From positions 5,456,001 to 5,520,000 of the forward strand of contig CM102287.1 of NCBI GenBank assembly GCA_046563655.1: a stretch of DNA of 64,000 nt. The letters run 5' to 3'. A program made the translations under genes and the position numbers. Below, piece by piece: positions 1-13,681 of this stretch; the first letter of the stretch is position 1, and each line of letters opens with the position of its first letter. Below the pieces are notes generated by a model. That model searched no databases. It was not told the DNA's origin and saw nothing but the letters and a program-made list of their open reading frames with translations. The DNA comes from Yuukianura sp. NJ FZ-2021 (Eukaryota).

Positions 1-3000
1 TGGTATTTTTTAAAAATTTCGAGTTTTGAATCAAAAAATATTTTATTTTGTTACTAAAGTTTCATTTTGATTTACACTTAAACTTAACAAATGTCAATTC
101 TAACTCGAATTCTAACTAGAAAAAAACTCAACTTCGAATTCCGAATCTCACTGTGCACCTCAAGCATTCTCAAAACCTCACGAATTTCACTTTTTGAAAA
201 ACTTTTTTCGTACTCTCGTGTATCGCAATTTCGGAATCTCAGTTTTAAGTTAAGTTTTAATTAAAACTTAAATATTAAGATCAATCCATAATACGTAAAT
301 GCACTGGCTAACGATCCCTTTCAACTCTTGACTGATTATTTATATAAAAATAAATTTCAATGAATTAAATTATTATAATTGTGCTCAAAATAATAATGAG
401 GAAGAACTCATTTCCTCTCCTGTCATAATTTCAGTTTTAATAACACCTTGAGGATTTCAAGAAACGCAGGATTTGTGTGCCTAACTGAACCATACTATTG
501 TTAATTAACCTTAACCTAACCTTACTGAAGGATATACAGGCATAACCTAACAAAAGCGGGGAAACAGCGTAGCCTAACTTCCTTCTGAGATGAGTTTCCT
601 GCTCTTATGGCCTCTTTCATGTCTCTCTAATAAGAAAAAAGTAATCATGAGGGGGCATAAAAATCTCGTAACGAAAACATTTTAGAGCAGAAAAAATATA
701 AAATGAAGAAGAAACAAGGGATTTGGAGATGCGGTTGTGTGGGGGCGATAGGGTTAGGTTATGTTAGGCTAACCTAAAAGGTTATGGTTTGCCCGGGAGA
801 AAGTACACAAAAAGTTTTTTCGGATTCCTAATAAATTGGAAAAAGTAAAAAAAACGAAACGAGGATTTGTTATTCCTAGTTTCTGTTTTGTTGCTTCTTC
901 GGTTAGGTTGGCGCACTTTCTCTTTTTAGGAGAAGCTACGACCGGGGGGATGAGGAAAACTGTAACTAATTCCAGGGTCGTATTGCATAAATACCGGGTC
1001 GTAAACTTCGTCCTCCGAAAAAGTTATTGTTCCGTATCGAAATTTTTTCCCGCGTTTTCTCTAAAGACGAACTTTCACCTAAAACGTAACAGGAAACGTT
1101 CATAACCCAAGCATAACCTTATAGTAAAATTTCTCCTATTTCGAGGAAAAAATATTCATTGCGTTTCTGACTTTTATGACATTTGCACAGAGATTAAGTA
1201 CGAAGATTAGATTATTTTTTAAGTGTTCACGTTAGGTTAAGGTTAGGCTAACAATATGTGATTAGTATTCAGGAGAATTTGTGATTATTTTTCCACGAAA
1301 CCATTTTTTGTTTTCTTCCAACATCATTTTTTCGTGAAGATTGTTCAACTTGCATTAACTTGGTTTAGGTTTAGGGTTAAACCTTTTCCTAATGGAAATT
1401 AAGCACTTTTCTAAGTATAATCGAATCTCGTCGGTGCTTCTGGGGAAAGTAGGGGGAGCAGGATTACATTTGCGGTTGTTGCGACAGTAGGAAGTGAAAG
1501 TGCTTCTGGAGATTCAATTTTAGTTTAATATTATCGTATCATGCGTATCTCCGCAACGCATCTCAAATTTCTCCCCTCTCTAGGTTTTATGTTAGGGTTA
1601 AGTTAAGGTTAGTGTAATATGCTCATATTAAACTTTTATGATTAGTGGGACGGAGGGAGTAACTATAATTTCATCCAAGACATTGTTATGTTGTAGTGGT
1701 TACAAGAGGTCCATAATCCAGGATGCACTTAGGAACTCTGCTTTCTCCGAAATCTAAATTATAATTTCAAATTGGAATTGAAGTGGATTTGTTCCTGGAA
1801 TTTGGAGAGGACTAATCTTTCCTATCTTTTCTCATTCCTCCTGTCACCCTCAATTGTTTTGTTTGGATTTCCAAGTTTAAGCTTCAAACGTTAAAGTGGA
1901 AACTAGTTTAGTAGTAACATTAAAGAAAAGAAGAGCCAGAGTGACATGAAAACGGAAAAGGGAATAAGGTTTTGAAGTTCAAGTATCTTTTGAGGTTGTG
2001 TTACATCTTTTCTGTTCCTATTTTTATCAATCGAGGGTATCTCAAGAGTCCAAAACTTGCTTTGTTTGTTCAAATCTCAGTTTGAGATCTGGGGAAGAAA
2101 TCAGTGCGGGAAGAAATGTTTTTCTGTTCCCAGGGTTCCATTTTGTTCACTCGCAATACTGTGCTAGAGTGTCCAAGGAAACTGTTTTTCTTTGCTTTTT
2201 GAAAACGAAGTGACATTAAATGCATCTGCAGCCTCTTCGTGTCCTAGGATACTCAGCCCTTCTCAGTTTCACATCTCACAAACACATCTTGAGGTCAAAT
2301 GAAATGGAAACTGATTCAAATTGAACTGAACTTTCATGCTCATGGACCAAACTTATGTGTCCACTTAGGATTAGTTGACATTTTAACGCATGCTGGCGTA
2401 ACGAAAAACAGTATCTAATGATGGTGAAATGTCGCGCTTCCTCTAACTAGAAAACTATTGACAAAAATTGAAACAGATTCAAAACTGGAACAAAACAATT
2501 TCTTTCTTTTTTTGTCAAAAGAAGAGTTTAGAGAAAGGAGAGTGATGATGTTGGACTATTTTGCGCTAGAATCTGGTCCATTTCTTATAATGGATGTCTC
2601 AGAGATATTGGTGTAAAGGGACTTCGTAGTCTTAAAGTTGTTCTTCTGAAACAGAGTATAAGGCCCATTGGAAAGTAATGTTGAGGAACATTTGGAGCAG
2701 AGTTTTGCTGAATTAGTTCCCATAAGTCTGTCTTCTGTTGAGGAACTTATTGCTTTCCCTTTCTCTTTGGCACAAGATAACTTTACCCACTTTCCTCACT
2801 GTTGGCACCACCAAAACTTAAGATAGGCTACTGCAGGTTCTGGATCCCCCAGAACTTCAAGTACATCGTAAACCATTTCAAAATCACCCTATTTCGTCCT
2901 TCGTCCCTCAACTTCCTAGTCTAGCCTAAGTTACGCAACATTTTCTTATATACTAACCTAACCGAGAGCTTTTTTGAAGTAAGTTGAAAGTTTCAAAAAG

Positions 3001-3960
3001 TTAGATTTTATACTGAACTTTAAGTTGTGTTGCATAGAGTTAGGCTGGTCCTGTACTCTCATGTATAAGGCTTGTGTTAAATTAGGTTTAGAATAGGTTA
3101 TACCATTACTATAAAAATGGCACGCACAAAATTACGTCATAGAGTGACACTTCACAAGTGAAGTTTGTTCCATTATAAAACTGGAGATCATAATCGCGTC
3201 CTTCCGCAGCCGTAGTCCTAAAAGTGTCAGAACTGTGAAAATTTTGAGCATGACAAAAATATTACACCACTTGAGTCGTGTCACAGTAAACAAAAGATTT
3301 TGTTACAACCGCCACCCTTTCCAAATGACATTACAACCTACGTTTGTACTTCAAAGAGTGTAGCACATTCAGACTTTGTCTTTATACAGCTCTACAAATG
3401 ATTTTGACACTTCAAAATTTCCAACTTCCTGGACCAATTTTACTTTTTCCAAGAAGACAAAGTGTGGGAAGACTCCAATTTTAATGTCAAGGAGTCCAAA
3501 ACTTTTCACATTGTTCCCAAATTGCTCAAGAACACAAGAGGGAGGTTGATGACTTTATTTCCACAGGTTTTACTGCCTTTTCCCGCCAGCTTCTAAAACT
3601 CCGCAGTCCAGGCTTCCAGAAACGCCGAGTTTCGGGGAAAGGAAGAAAATCCGGGTAGCAGGAATTTGAAGATGAATATTTTAATCAGTCTGACAGGCTG
3701 GATCCGGGACGAAGGCTCATCTGTTTTGGCTCCAAAATTAAAATTTGATCCGAATTTCTGATTTCTGGGAACAATGGAGCTTCCAGGAACGGAGAATATA
3801 AAAACGAAAGCAGAAAATAATCATGTCGAAATCTCTGTGCGTTTGAGTGTTCCAGAAGAAGCGTTTTTAGCTTCGAGAAGCTCAAAAGCACTTGCTTCCT
3901 TCCAGGATAGTTTTATGACTCGAGTTGGAAAAATCATAAAGCAACTGGACGGAGACTGAT

Positions 3961-4072
3961 CTGTTTAGGAGAGAAAAGAGAAAGTTAGTGAATAGACGGC
4001 AATATAATATGCATGGAGTCTACTATACTTTTTTTCTCTTTGGAGAAAGAGGGAATTGATCCTACGACTCAC
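3961..4072 (-). other. Candidate spliceosomal intron (112 nt) in an apparently non-coding or 5'-UTR minus-strand transcript
   Basis: On the minus strand: donor aaaa|GTGAGT at 4072, then a branch-point-like ACTAAC, a polypyrimidine tract and acceptor (actaactttctcttttctctcctaaacAG) ending at 3961. A second acceptor-like site (gttagttttttttcAG) lies at 4255. No convincing ORF in the flanking exons. Confidence 0.45.
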
Positions 4073-7000
4073 TTTTACTTTCACCACTTGCACGAAATCC
4101 TTGCACGAAAAAAAAGTTGATCGAAAAATAATACCTCCACAGTGAACAGTGAAGGCTTTCCGTGCTTCCTTTTCTGAAACGATAGCTTAAAGCTCTTTCC
4201 GTAATCAAACTCCTTCCGCCTCGAAAATCAAAAGTCAAGTTACTCTTAAAGGAGCTGAAAAAAAACTAACAAGAAAAAATCTAGAAAGCTAAAAAAAAGT
4301 TCAAAAAACCGAAAACTGGCGGAAGAAAGTTTTCGTGTTTCTGTTTGTAAATTTCCTGGACCAGAACATTCAATTTCTGGTGAAACTTTACATAGAAAGT
4401 GAAAGTGAAAGCACTTTGTACACTTCAGTAACATCTCCTTTTCGTCTGCAATTTCCACAACGTGGCTCATTTTACTTCTGTTGGAAAGTTCAAAGGAGGT
4501 CAAGGCCGATTAGACTCTGAGACTGAAATGAAAAGTGACACAAGACTTTCTTCTAGCAAACACTGAACTGTCACTGTCCATTCCTGATTGGTTGAACTGC
4601 TTTCCTTCTTACTACGGAGTTTCGTGTAATGGAGAGTGACAGGATGTCAGGACAGATAAATTGAAAAACAAAATCCTTCAATGACTTTTGAATCCAAGGA
4701 AAAAAAACTAAATCTTTCCACACTGATTCGTTCGGCAGTAAAAATACAATTTTTGTTCATTTGATTTTAATGTATAGCAAAATTAAAACGAAAATTTTGT
4801 AGAAAAGAGTTCCAAAATCATTTTGAAACGCGTGGGTTCTGGTTGACGTGAAGTCAAATCGTCATTAAAAGTTTATTGACACAGCGTCCTCGCTTTAATT
4901 TGTTATTTTTGATCCTTGCGCCAACACACATGAGGTCACAAAGGTCAAATAGCGGCTGAATTTGAACATGAAACGTTGAACGTTGAACCTGAAACAAGAT
5001 TAAAGAATGCGTTTGAACCAGACGCCCAGAATTTTTTACTTCAAAGAAATTTACACTTGTAAAAAAACTGAAATGTGAAAAAGTGAAGTGTCTTGACAGA
5101 CACGGGAGGGCGAAAGACTGCCTACAATTCCTCAAATTTCTTCGCCTGGCACATTTCCCATTTGGATTTGAAGAGTTGCCCCCATTACTCCTCTGATTTG
5201 AGTTTTGAAATGCATTCTGAGACATGTTATGTTGGATTGTGATGCTGCTAAAGACTCCGTTTGTTTTCTAAAGCCCATGTTGCATAAGACTAAAGTGAAC
5301 AAGTGAAGAAGATGAGAGGATGCCAAAGGAAATTAATGATGGGATGATTACAGATCCAACCCTTTCCTTGTGCCCATTATCGTGTCAAGTCTAAAGCTAC
5401 ATCTTCTGAACTTAGAATAATGTAACACTGTTACACCGTAGTCTGCCTTCCCCCTAACCGCTCCCAGAGAATTCCGAATTCCAAAACCATCATCATCATC
5501 ATCTGCATCCTACCTGGATGCATCTCTCACCAACCACAAATCTCTACTTCTGTGGACTTTGTTGCACAAATGGTGGCATCAAGGAGCTTCATAAGGCCAC
5601 AGGAATCTCATAAATTTGTCCTCTGAAAGTAAGTGAACGCTGCGGATAATTTTGAGATGCATCTTGTTTCCTGAATTCCGTAAATTCCTCTTTAGTAGTT
5701 CCTCTATATGAGGGCTGGATAGTTGCAAAAACTTGAATTTAGAAACGTTGTTGTTCGGATGAATCTGATTTTTTTCAGAGATGGACTACCAGCCATTCGA
5801 GGCTAAAATTTTTGACTGGATTTTTAGGATGGAAAATTTCCAATTCGATTTTCCGGAAAATATTTTCACACCAATTTGGATTTTGAAGAGCAAAATGTTT
5901 TCTGCCAACTTTGGATTAGAAATCCCAGTTGAATTTTTATTAAACTTGTTCTCTCCTGTTTCTGGAAGTAAAATTTTCAACTTACCTTGAGTTGAAAAAG
6001 AGTTTCGGGGATTTAATGAGAGAATTTTTTAGTTTACCTCAATGTTTTGAGCGGGGAAATCAATTCATGTTTTGGGGAAAATTTTTTCGAAGAAGGTGAT
6101 AGTTGGAAAAAAAAACGAAGTTACGCGTTTTGTGTGAGAGAACTTTCAAGTGGATTTTTGTTTTTGCGTGAACATTTACAAGCTCGAATTTTGACAAAAT
6201 TTGTTTTCGCAAAAACTAGTTTTTTGCGAGAAAAAAAGTAACATTTGAGAATAACCGTCACTGTAGAGGATGAATAAGGGTGGAGAAATGTTCATAAATG
6301 AAAGTAGCGTCAAAGCGATTCTTTTGAATTTGACATTTGAATGTGTTTTGAACAAGTTATTGGAATTGTTCTTTTGCTTAACAAGGAGGTTTGGCCGAAA
6401 GCCTTCGGGACTTTGGAGGGGAGTCAGTCGATTGATTGGGAATTTCTGCTTTTATTCAGCATTAACACACAGAAGAAGTCTTTGTAGTTGGGCAGTTGCT
6501 TTGAAAGATTGGATCTCTAAGGATTCAAATGCCCACTGTCTGCTTCTGCCAAAGTCGACCATGAACTTGACTCTCAATTGCTGTAATGCTGGAGGGGATG
6601 AAGACAAAAAACGAAGTTTTGAAGTGCGTGGGGAAGATGAGCGTTTGTTGAAATGGAGGAAGGAGAGAGATGGATGTTGCGTTGTGCTAAGATCCAATCC
6701 ATTGTTTCATAATTTGTCGACTGTCGGAGTCAGCTTCGAAGTGAAGTTGTTCTGAGCACCCAAGGCGAAGGGTGTCTCCGCAGTAGATGCTGGCTAATGA
6801 TGGATGGTGAATTCGAGGTTCTGGAACAAGAAAAAATCGCTGCTCAAAAAAAGAAACGCTTTTCAAAAAATCCACTTGTCACCACGAGGGACTCGTCTCA
6901 ATGGAAATGAGTAGCGAAGCGACACTTCAAAAAATCACCACCTTCACACTTCTTACTCCAGGAAAAGAAATCGAAATTGAAGATGACTCTAAAAATAAAA

Positions 7001-9708
7001 GTGAAATTGAAGATAACTCAAGAAACTAGAAGAAAATTGAGGAGAAGACAAAGAGAATGCGAAAAAGAAGATGCGAAATTGAAGAAAAGTAAAAAAAAAA
7101 TTGGAGAAATTGGTGAAAACTCGAAATTCTTTCGACAAATTTCTCCGTTAACAAAATAAATACAAAAACCTTTTTCCGAATTTCTTCAGTTTCGATTCTG
7201 CAGCGCTCCACTCCACTACTGCCAGAAAACTCAATTTTGTTCAAATTTCAAAATTCTTTACATTCCAAAATTCAAAATTTTCAATTCCAGTCCAATTCTT
7301 CCAATTCTCATCCCGTTCAGTAGAACTACGTCTAGTTTCTTTGTCCAACATAGGCCAGAATCGAAAAATTTGAACAAAACTGGGTCTAATTCAAATGAAA
7401 ATCAATGTCAAATTTTTAGCACGCCACGATCCCCAGATTTGGAGATAATGCCTCTTTTGTATTGATCTGGAAGATAAAAATTTGCCAATTTTGGTCACAC
7501 CCAAAACACTAGAAAGTGAAATGTTGCTTCATTTTCAAAATTTCCAAAGTAAGCCATTAATTGTATAGTAAGCCAAAGGAGACACGGGGAAGGTGCAAGA
7601 ATTGTGCAAAGTAATTCATTCATAATTCACTAGATTTCTTCCCTTTTTCAAAGAGTTGTTAGGTTAGATACATTTAAAAGTTGAATCAAGGTACTCCACC
7701 CTAAGTTCTTCATGTTAAATGGCCTCCCAGCGGGTCCTGAGCCCATTAGCCCCAAAATACAGATTCATCCTGGGCTGTTTTAAAACATTAAAATCTTTCT
7801 CAACAACATTCTCCACCTTCCTCTCCTTCAAGAGGCGAAGATCTTTGGAGACATTCCGAAGGAACAGGACAAGAGTGTAATGACGCTCAATTTAAAACTG
7901 TGGAGACGTTTTCATTGTTGTTCAAGTCCCAAGTTGAGACAACAATCGAAGCGTCTCTAAGCTTAGTCAACTCTTAAGATCCAGTTTAATAATGTGAGAA
8001 AGACACAAGGGCCACTCCTTTGGACGTATAAGGACCGAGGATAAGGGCCCTTGGCCCCTTATTTAGCTCAGATAATCCATTTAATTTTGGTTTTACGCTT
8101 TTCCTAACCCATTGTTCGGTGGTAATAAAACTGCGCTTTTAGGACAAAGGCTAGCCGTAACGACGAGAATTCGAAATTGCTCAAAGCTTGAATCAAAAAT
8201 TCAAACGATTGCGGTGTTCCTACTTCCTTTGAAATCAACCACGCAAAAGAAGAGATGCAGACCAATCTTAACCTTATGGCCACCACTGATTTTAAAATTA
8301 TGAGGTCAAAGGTCAAGTTAGATTCAGTTTCTACACACCTTGTACTGTGGATGGGTTAGACATCATTCAAAATATTCTGCAGCAATAACGTGTTAAGAAA
8401 CGATTTTACAGTTTTCGTGTCATGGTGGTGAACGATTTTTTTAAACGTATTCATTCGTTTTTATTTTTCGAAATTCCTGTTTGAACATCAACTCAACAGT
8501 ACAAAATGTAAGAAATAATCGAATTGTTTGTACTAACAAATTCGGAGCTCCTTGTTTCCTTAAATCTTCAGTTTGAAGTGCCATTTTTTGTGACTTAAAA
8601 ACAGTTTGAAGTTAATAGTGGTAATTTAGTTTTTAGTTTTTGAGACACGCAGAGTCGTGTTGTATACTTGAACTTAGCAGTACATGAGCATGAATCCAAC
8701 AGCTCGTAAAATATAATTAGTAGTTTCCACCTAGTTGATAATAATTACTCACATCCCCTGCCTTATTTTCAAGATTTTCAAGATCTTCCAAGAAGATGTG
8801 CTCCCATGCATAGTTTTCCTTTACTATCCGAATGCTATAAATCTCCAAACAGTTCACACAGTTTCACTTCTTCTGCATGAAATTTCAAAAAGTCTCTTTT
8901 TAAAACAAGTTTTTTAAAACTGTTTTCTACATAACCTAACTGAACACGAAGAAAGTCAGTTCCATTGAATTACCAAATATATTATTACCCTCATTCGTTT
9001 TCGTATTTATTCAGTTCAAGTTCTCCCTCCCAGCACTAAGGCAAAGCCTGAAGTGTCGTAATTCATGGCCTAATAAGAGTGAAGTGGCCTGTTAGGGCCT
9101 GGGCCCTTCAAGTCCCCCTTGGCCTTGCTCAAGCACCTCAGAAATGAAAATTGGGTGTTTCCGTCTCCGGAGCCCTTGAGAGCAGCCTTAAAGTTCAGTC
9201 CAAAGCATAACCTAACTTCATTCTAAGTGTTCGTACCTAATCATTACGTACTTTGTCTTGCTCAACCCTTTATCTCCCTTGTTTCTCCCGGGTGCTAAAG
9301 ACTAAGGCCCTTAAACATAAGACTGAGCCCTTAAACGCTGAAACTGGAATGAAGAAGATGATTTTTCAACTTTGAAGTGGGAGAGGAAATGTTTTCTAGA
9401 GGTTTAGAGTTTCTTGTTTCGTTTCTTTTTGGAAAAAAAAATGTTACTGGGTTTATAAATTACAAACTACATTTGACTTTTGACCCTCAAGCAAAAAATC
9501 CAATTGTTATGCATCTCCGGCCATTAACTCTTCTTTTGAACAGCAGACAACAGAACCATTGAAATCAACTACGATCTCTTGTCTACTAAATCTTTAGCCT
9601 AACAATTTGTTTGTCCATTTCTCATTTTCACAATTTGCCACTTTCAGTTAAAAACTAACAAGGAATTACTTTTACCAAACGAGCAACTCTGTCAGCATCT
9701 TGCAAATA

Positions 9709-9745
9709 CAGGGCGTGGACGTCGATTCAAATTTTGAAAGTCCGG
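9709..9745 (+). mobile_element. Terminal fragment of a non-autonomous DNA transposon family (also at 42684)
   Basis: CAGGGCGTG...TTTTGAAAGTCCGG matches 42684-42721 with nearly identical spacing. A CAGGG start is typical of hAT-type TIRs. No partner TIR or TSD found. Confidence 0.4.
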
Positions 9746-12700
9746 CTTTCGGAGCAATTCAAAACTCACTAGCTTTCTTGCATTCCATTTCTTGTTAATC
9801 CAAAAATTTTGAAATTTTGAATTTTTTTGTTCGAAAAACGAAACTGAACATTTGTCAATGATGGGAATGAATTTTGGATTTCAGAAACGAGAGAAATTTC
9901 ACATTTTTGGGGAAAACTGGTTTTTTAGTGGATTTGTTTTTGTGAATTTTTTGTGTTTTACTTTTCTTGTTTTCATAATTTCTTTTTCTTGTTTTTTTCT
10001 TTGGAATTCGGTGTAGATTTTTGGATTGTGTTGGAATTTGCATTGTTTTGGGAAGTGAGTGCCAAAGTGCCATTGTTGTGAGGAATGGTCTGCATTGGAA
10101 TGGATCTTAATGTGAATTCAATGCTGTTGTGGTTTGGGCATAATGGGGGCTGTTGGCCTCTTAAAGCCGTCAAAACAGGAATAATAGGCAAAGATACTAC
10201 ATTCTACTACGGTTTACTTTTCTCTTTCCCATGTTATGTTGGAAGATGATGAGAAAAAGTTGAAATTGAAAGTAGGAAGCTTATCATGCACTTGACTTGT
10301 TCTCCATTGTTCAAACTGGCTTTAACACTAGTACTGAACAGACACAGGAACAATCTGGATCCATTGGATTTAACGATATTACCTTCCAGAAAGGGATTCC
10401 GCCTCTGTCCATTACACTCGCCATCTAGAAACCCAACAGCTCTTTGGCTTCTTCCAGGAAGTTGAACCAAGTTGGCTTGACTAACTGGACAGTTTCCACT
10501 GCCCACTTGGGCAGAAACTGGTGAAAACGAAAGTAGTTGGTTTAAATGGTTCCCATCTTACAAGGGAAAATGGACCAAGACTTTACAATGTCAGTTTCAT
10601 GTTTCATTTCAAACAGAATTGACATTGGATGTCACTTGGCTAAAAACGACGCTTCTCAAACGCCGTCCTACTTTCTCCTGCTTTTGTCCAACATCGAAAT
10701 TGCAAAATTACAAAAAGCTACGCAATTGCTCCCAAGTTTTTATATTGCGAAATACATTGTTAGTTGAGGTAATTGATGCATGATGCCTATTTTAAGTCTG
10801 TGTTATTATGTTATGTTAGGCAATGCATATAAAAATAGTTTTGTGCTTTGGATAAAACGAAAAGTGTTTTGTTTGATGTGGTGGATGGCGTTTGTTGGAG
10901 ATGAGGCAACTGTTGGAAGATGAATGAGCCTCCATGCCTGTTTTTCTGTGCATATGAAATGAGAGACGCCTCTCTCTCTTAAGTTCAGATGATGGATTTC
11001 GTGTTGATTTCCATGTAAAGTGGATTTCTGCCTTTTAATTCTTAATGTAATCCCTCATGTCAGGCTGGCTGTCCTCCTCCCAAGGCTTAAGTCAAAGCCC
11101 ACTTCCCATACAGTACCTCCTTCAGAGATGTGATAAATTGGATAACTGCCACCAGTTAATCACGCTACCAAATTATTACCCAAAGTCCAAAGGAAAGTAA
11201 TTACGAATTTCACTTTTTCCAAAATAAAATATTCCGAATACCTTAACTTTTCCAGTTTTACTTTGTAGAAACCAAAATAACAACGCACGGTTAACTTAAT
11301 ATTGGAATTGGACAGGAGTTTGGTTTGAATAACGTCAAGAACTTCTAACCTACTTAACTCGAAACACTGAGCTTCCATCAATTTTGATTAACTTAAGGTT
11401 AGATTATGCCAAGATTTACGTAGTTTTGGTAACCTAACCGCCTTTCTGGAAGTGACAGGGATTGAACAGAGTCTCATCGAATGCAAGGATAAGTAGAGCG
11501 AGAAAGTTGGCCCAAAAATCTACTCTGACATCTCCAAACCGCTATTGATTTCCTTCAGCTTCAAGCGAAAACCAGGCAGGCAAAGCACTTTCTCTTGTGG
11601 TTTTCCCAATCTCTGGAACTTTGTGGAAGGCTTAAGTCTTGAACTTCCAGTATTGTACTGAAGGTCCACGTGTCGTGTCAACTCGGCAGGAGTCACATTA
11701 CGACTACCCATCGAGATAAAGAACTTAAAGTAAAAGACGCTCCAGGACCGATGTTTGTGTCCAGGAAATACTTCCAAGTTCCGCCAGTACTGCTTGTGAT
11801 GGTGACAACACGCGGAAGCAACTCCTTGTCTTGTTTTGTGTCCAACTTCCTTGGAAACGTCACACTCTGTGTCTGTCTCCATACTGGACAAAAAATGTTC
11901 AAAAATTTCCAGCGCGAAAAGCGGTGAAAGCAAGTTTTCACTGGAAAACTTAAGAAAGAGCTGGAGAAAGGCGTTTAATTGGGTTCAGGACGATTGTCCA
12001 CGGGTCCATATGGGACATAAAGAAAAGTAATGGCCTCTCCTGGACCAACGGACTTTACAAAGTGGAACTTCAAAATGAGCTAAAACTAACTTTAGCCTAA
12101 CGTGGAAGTGAGAATTCTGCACTGGAGAACTGCATTATTGCAAAGGGCGGGTTTACTTTCTCCCGGCGGGGGTCTTCGAACTTTCTCTCCAGCTTAACCT
12201 AACGTTAGCCTAAACGAAACCCAACCTTAGAGAGAAAGCTCCCCTTCCGCTTATCCGCTCCTTTAGATTTATTTTTATTCTTTGTGCTGTTGCTTTCTGT
12301 TTTCGTTCTTTACGACGATAGGGAGGAGGCCCAGCTGAACTTTTATTAAAGCACCGAGATTTCTCCTCGCCTCGGTCATTAAAAGAAGATGAACGTGTGA
12401 AGACTCACACTGCTTCGTCTTATGTTAGGTTTACACCAGGCCGTAGCCTTTCCAGTTCCTCTTCCTGTTTCTAAATTGTTTTAGTGTTGACCTTCCCAAA
12501 AGTTTCTACAGAAAGGAAGCTTGTTGGAACAAAACAATTACGAACGAGGCCCTCCGCTGTTCATTTCATATTTTCTTATTACTTTCTTTTCTTACAGAAA
12601 TTTCTTAGAAGGGGGGCTGGGTAGGCTAAATCTCAGATGAGGTCAGACAGAGGTCAGGAAGACTCTTTCTAATAAAATAAGTTTCCTAGGCTCGTTTCCT

Positions 12701-13425
12701 TGTCGTGGGAAGAATCCCCGGGAAGCTCCGGGAATTATGAATTCTGTTCAGTGGAGGCATACGGCCCTTTTACATTACAAAAGGAACATGATCAATTTCT
12801 GTCTACCCCTTTTGGTTCTATAGACATCCAGCCAGACACGGACCATAGATAGACTCACTCGCACGGCCCGAATTTTGATTTTCGTTTAATGTTATGAAAA
12901 CCAGGGAAGGAAACAATGGCTGAACGATGAAAGCGTGGAGGCAGTTTGCATTTGGAAAGGAGTGAAAGCAGACACCGCTTTTCGGAAATGCATCCAACGC
13001 ATCAGCTCCATTTGCTAAAGGCGGAATTCACTTTCACCAAAGCTCATTTTCCCAACACAAAACCAAAACCCAATTTTTTGTGTGCTAAACTACGGCAAAA
13101 AAAAGTTTTCCCAAATTTTTATTACACAAATTGTGACTTTTTGTTGCACAAAAATCGCAAAGGAGGAAGATGAGGGGCAGTTTGGAGTGAAGGGAGCGTC
13201 AAAGTCAGAACATGACGAATGGAATACGCGTTAGGGATATTTGTCCAAATTCCAAATCCAATTCTAATAACAGCAGCAGCTAGCTTTTTCAAATTGAGGT
13301 TGACTGGCAGGAAGAGGGAAGGGAAAGCATCAAATATGAAATGGAAATTGAAATAAATAAATTCAGCAGAGGAAGCAGTGGAAAATGCGTGGCTTGATAT
13401 TTGATCTCCCTCTGCTGACTCCCCT

Positions 13426-13681
13426 GGGAGCACGCCATTGGTTCAAATGAATTGGTTCAAATGCGAATTGGTTCTAAAAATAATTGGTTCTAAACACTAG
13501 TTGTTTAGGGTATAAGGCTTAAATTAGGTTAATTTGGATTAGAATAATTAAGTTTAGGTTAGTTTACTTATTTTAGGTTAGGTTAGGTTAGGTTTAGGTA
13601 TCAAAATTAGGTTTTAGAACCAATTATTTTTAGAACCAATTCGTATTTGAACCAATTCATTTGAACCAATGGCATGGAACC
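13426..13681. mobile_element. Complete 256-bp MITE with sub-repeated long TIRs, a TTAGG core and an 8-bp TSD
   Basis: Arm 13434-13494 matches the reverse complement of the right arm at 60/61 nt. Each arm carries four ATTGGTTC(A/T)AA sub-repeats. The ends are GG...CC. The direct repeat ACTCCCCT sits at 13418-13425 and 13682-13689. The core contains (TTAGG)4 at 13573-13592. Confidence 0.92.

Noticed and set aside
13434..13673. ATTGGTTC sub-repeats as a CRISPR-like array
   Set aside because: No unique spacers. They are TIR sub-repeats in eukaryotic DNA.
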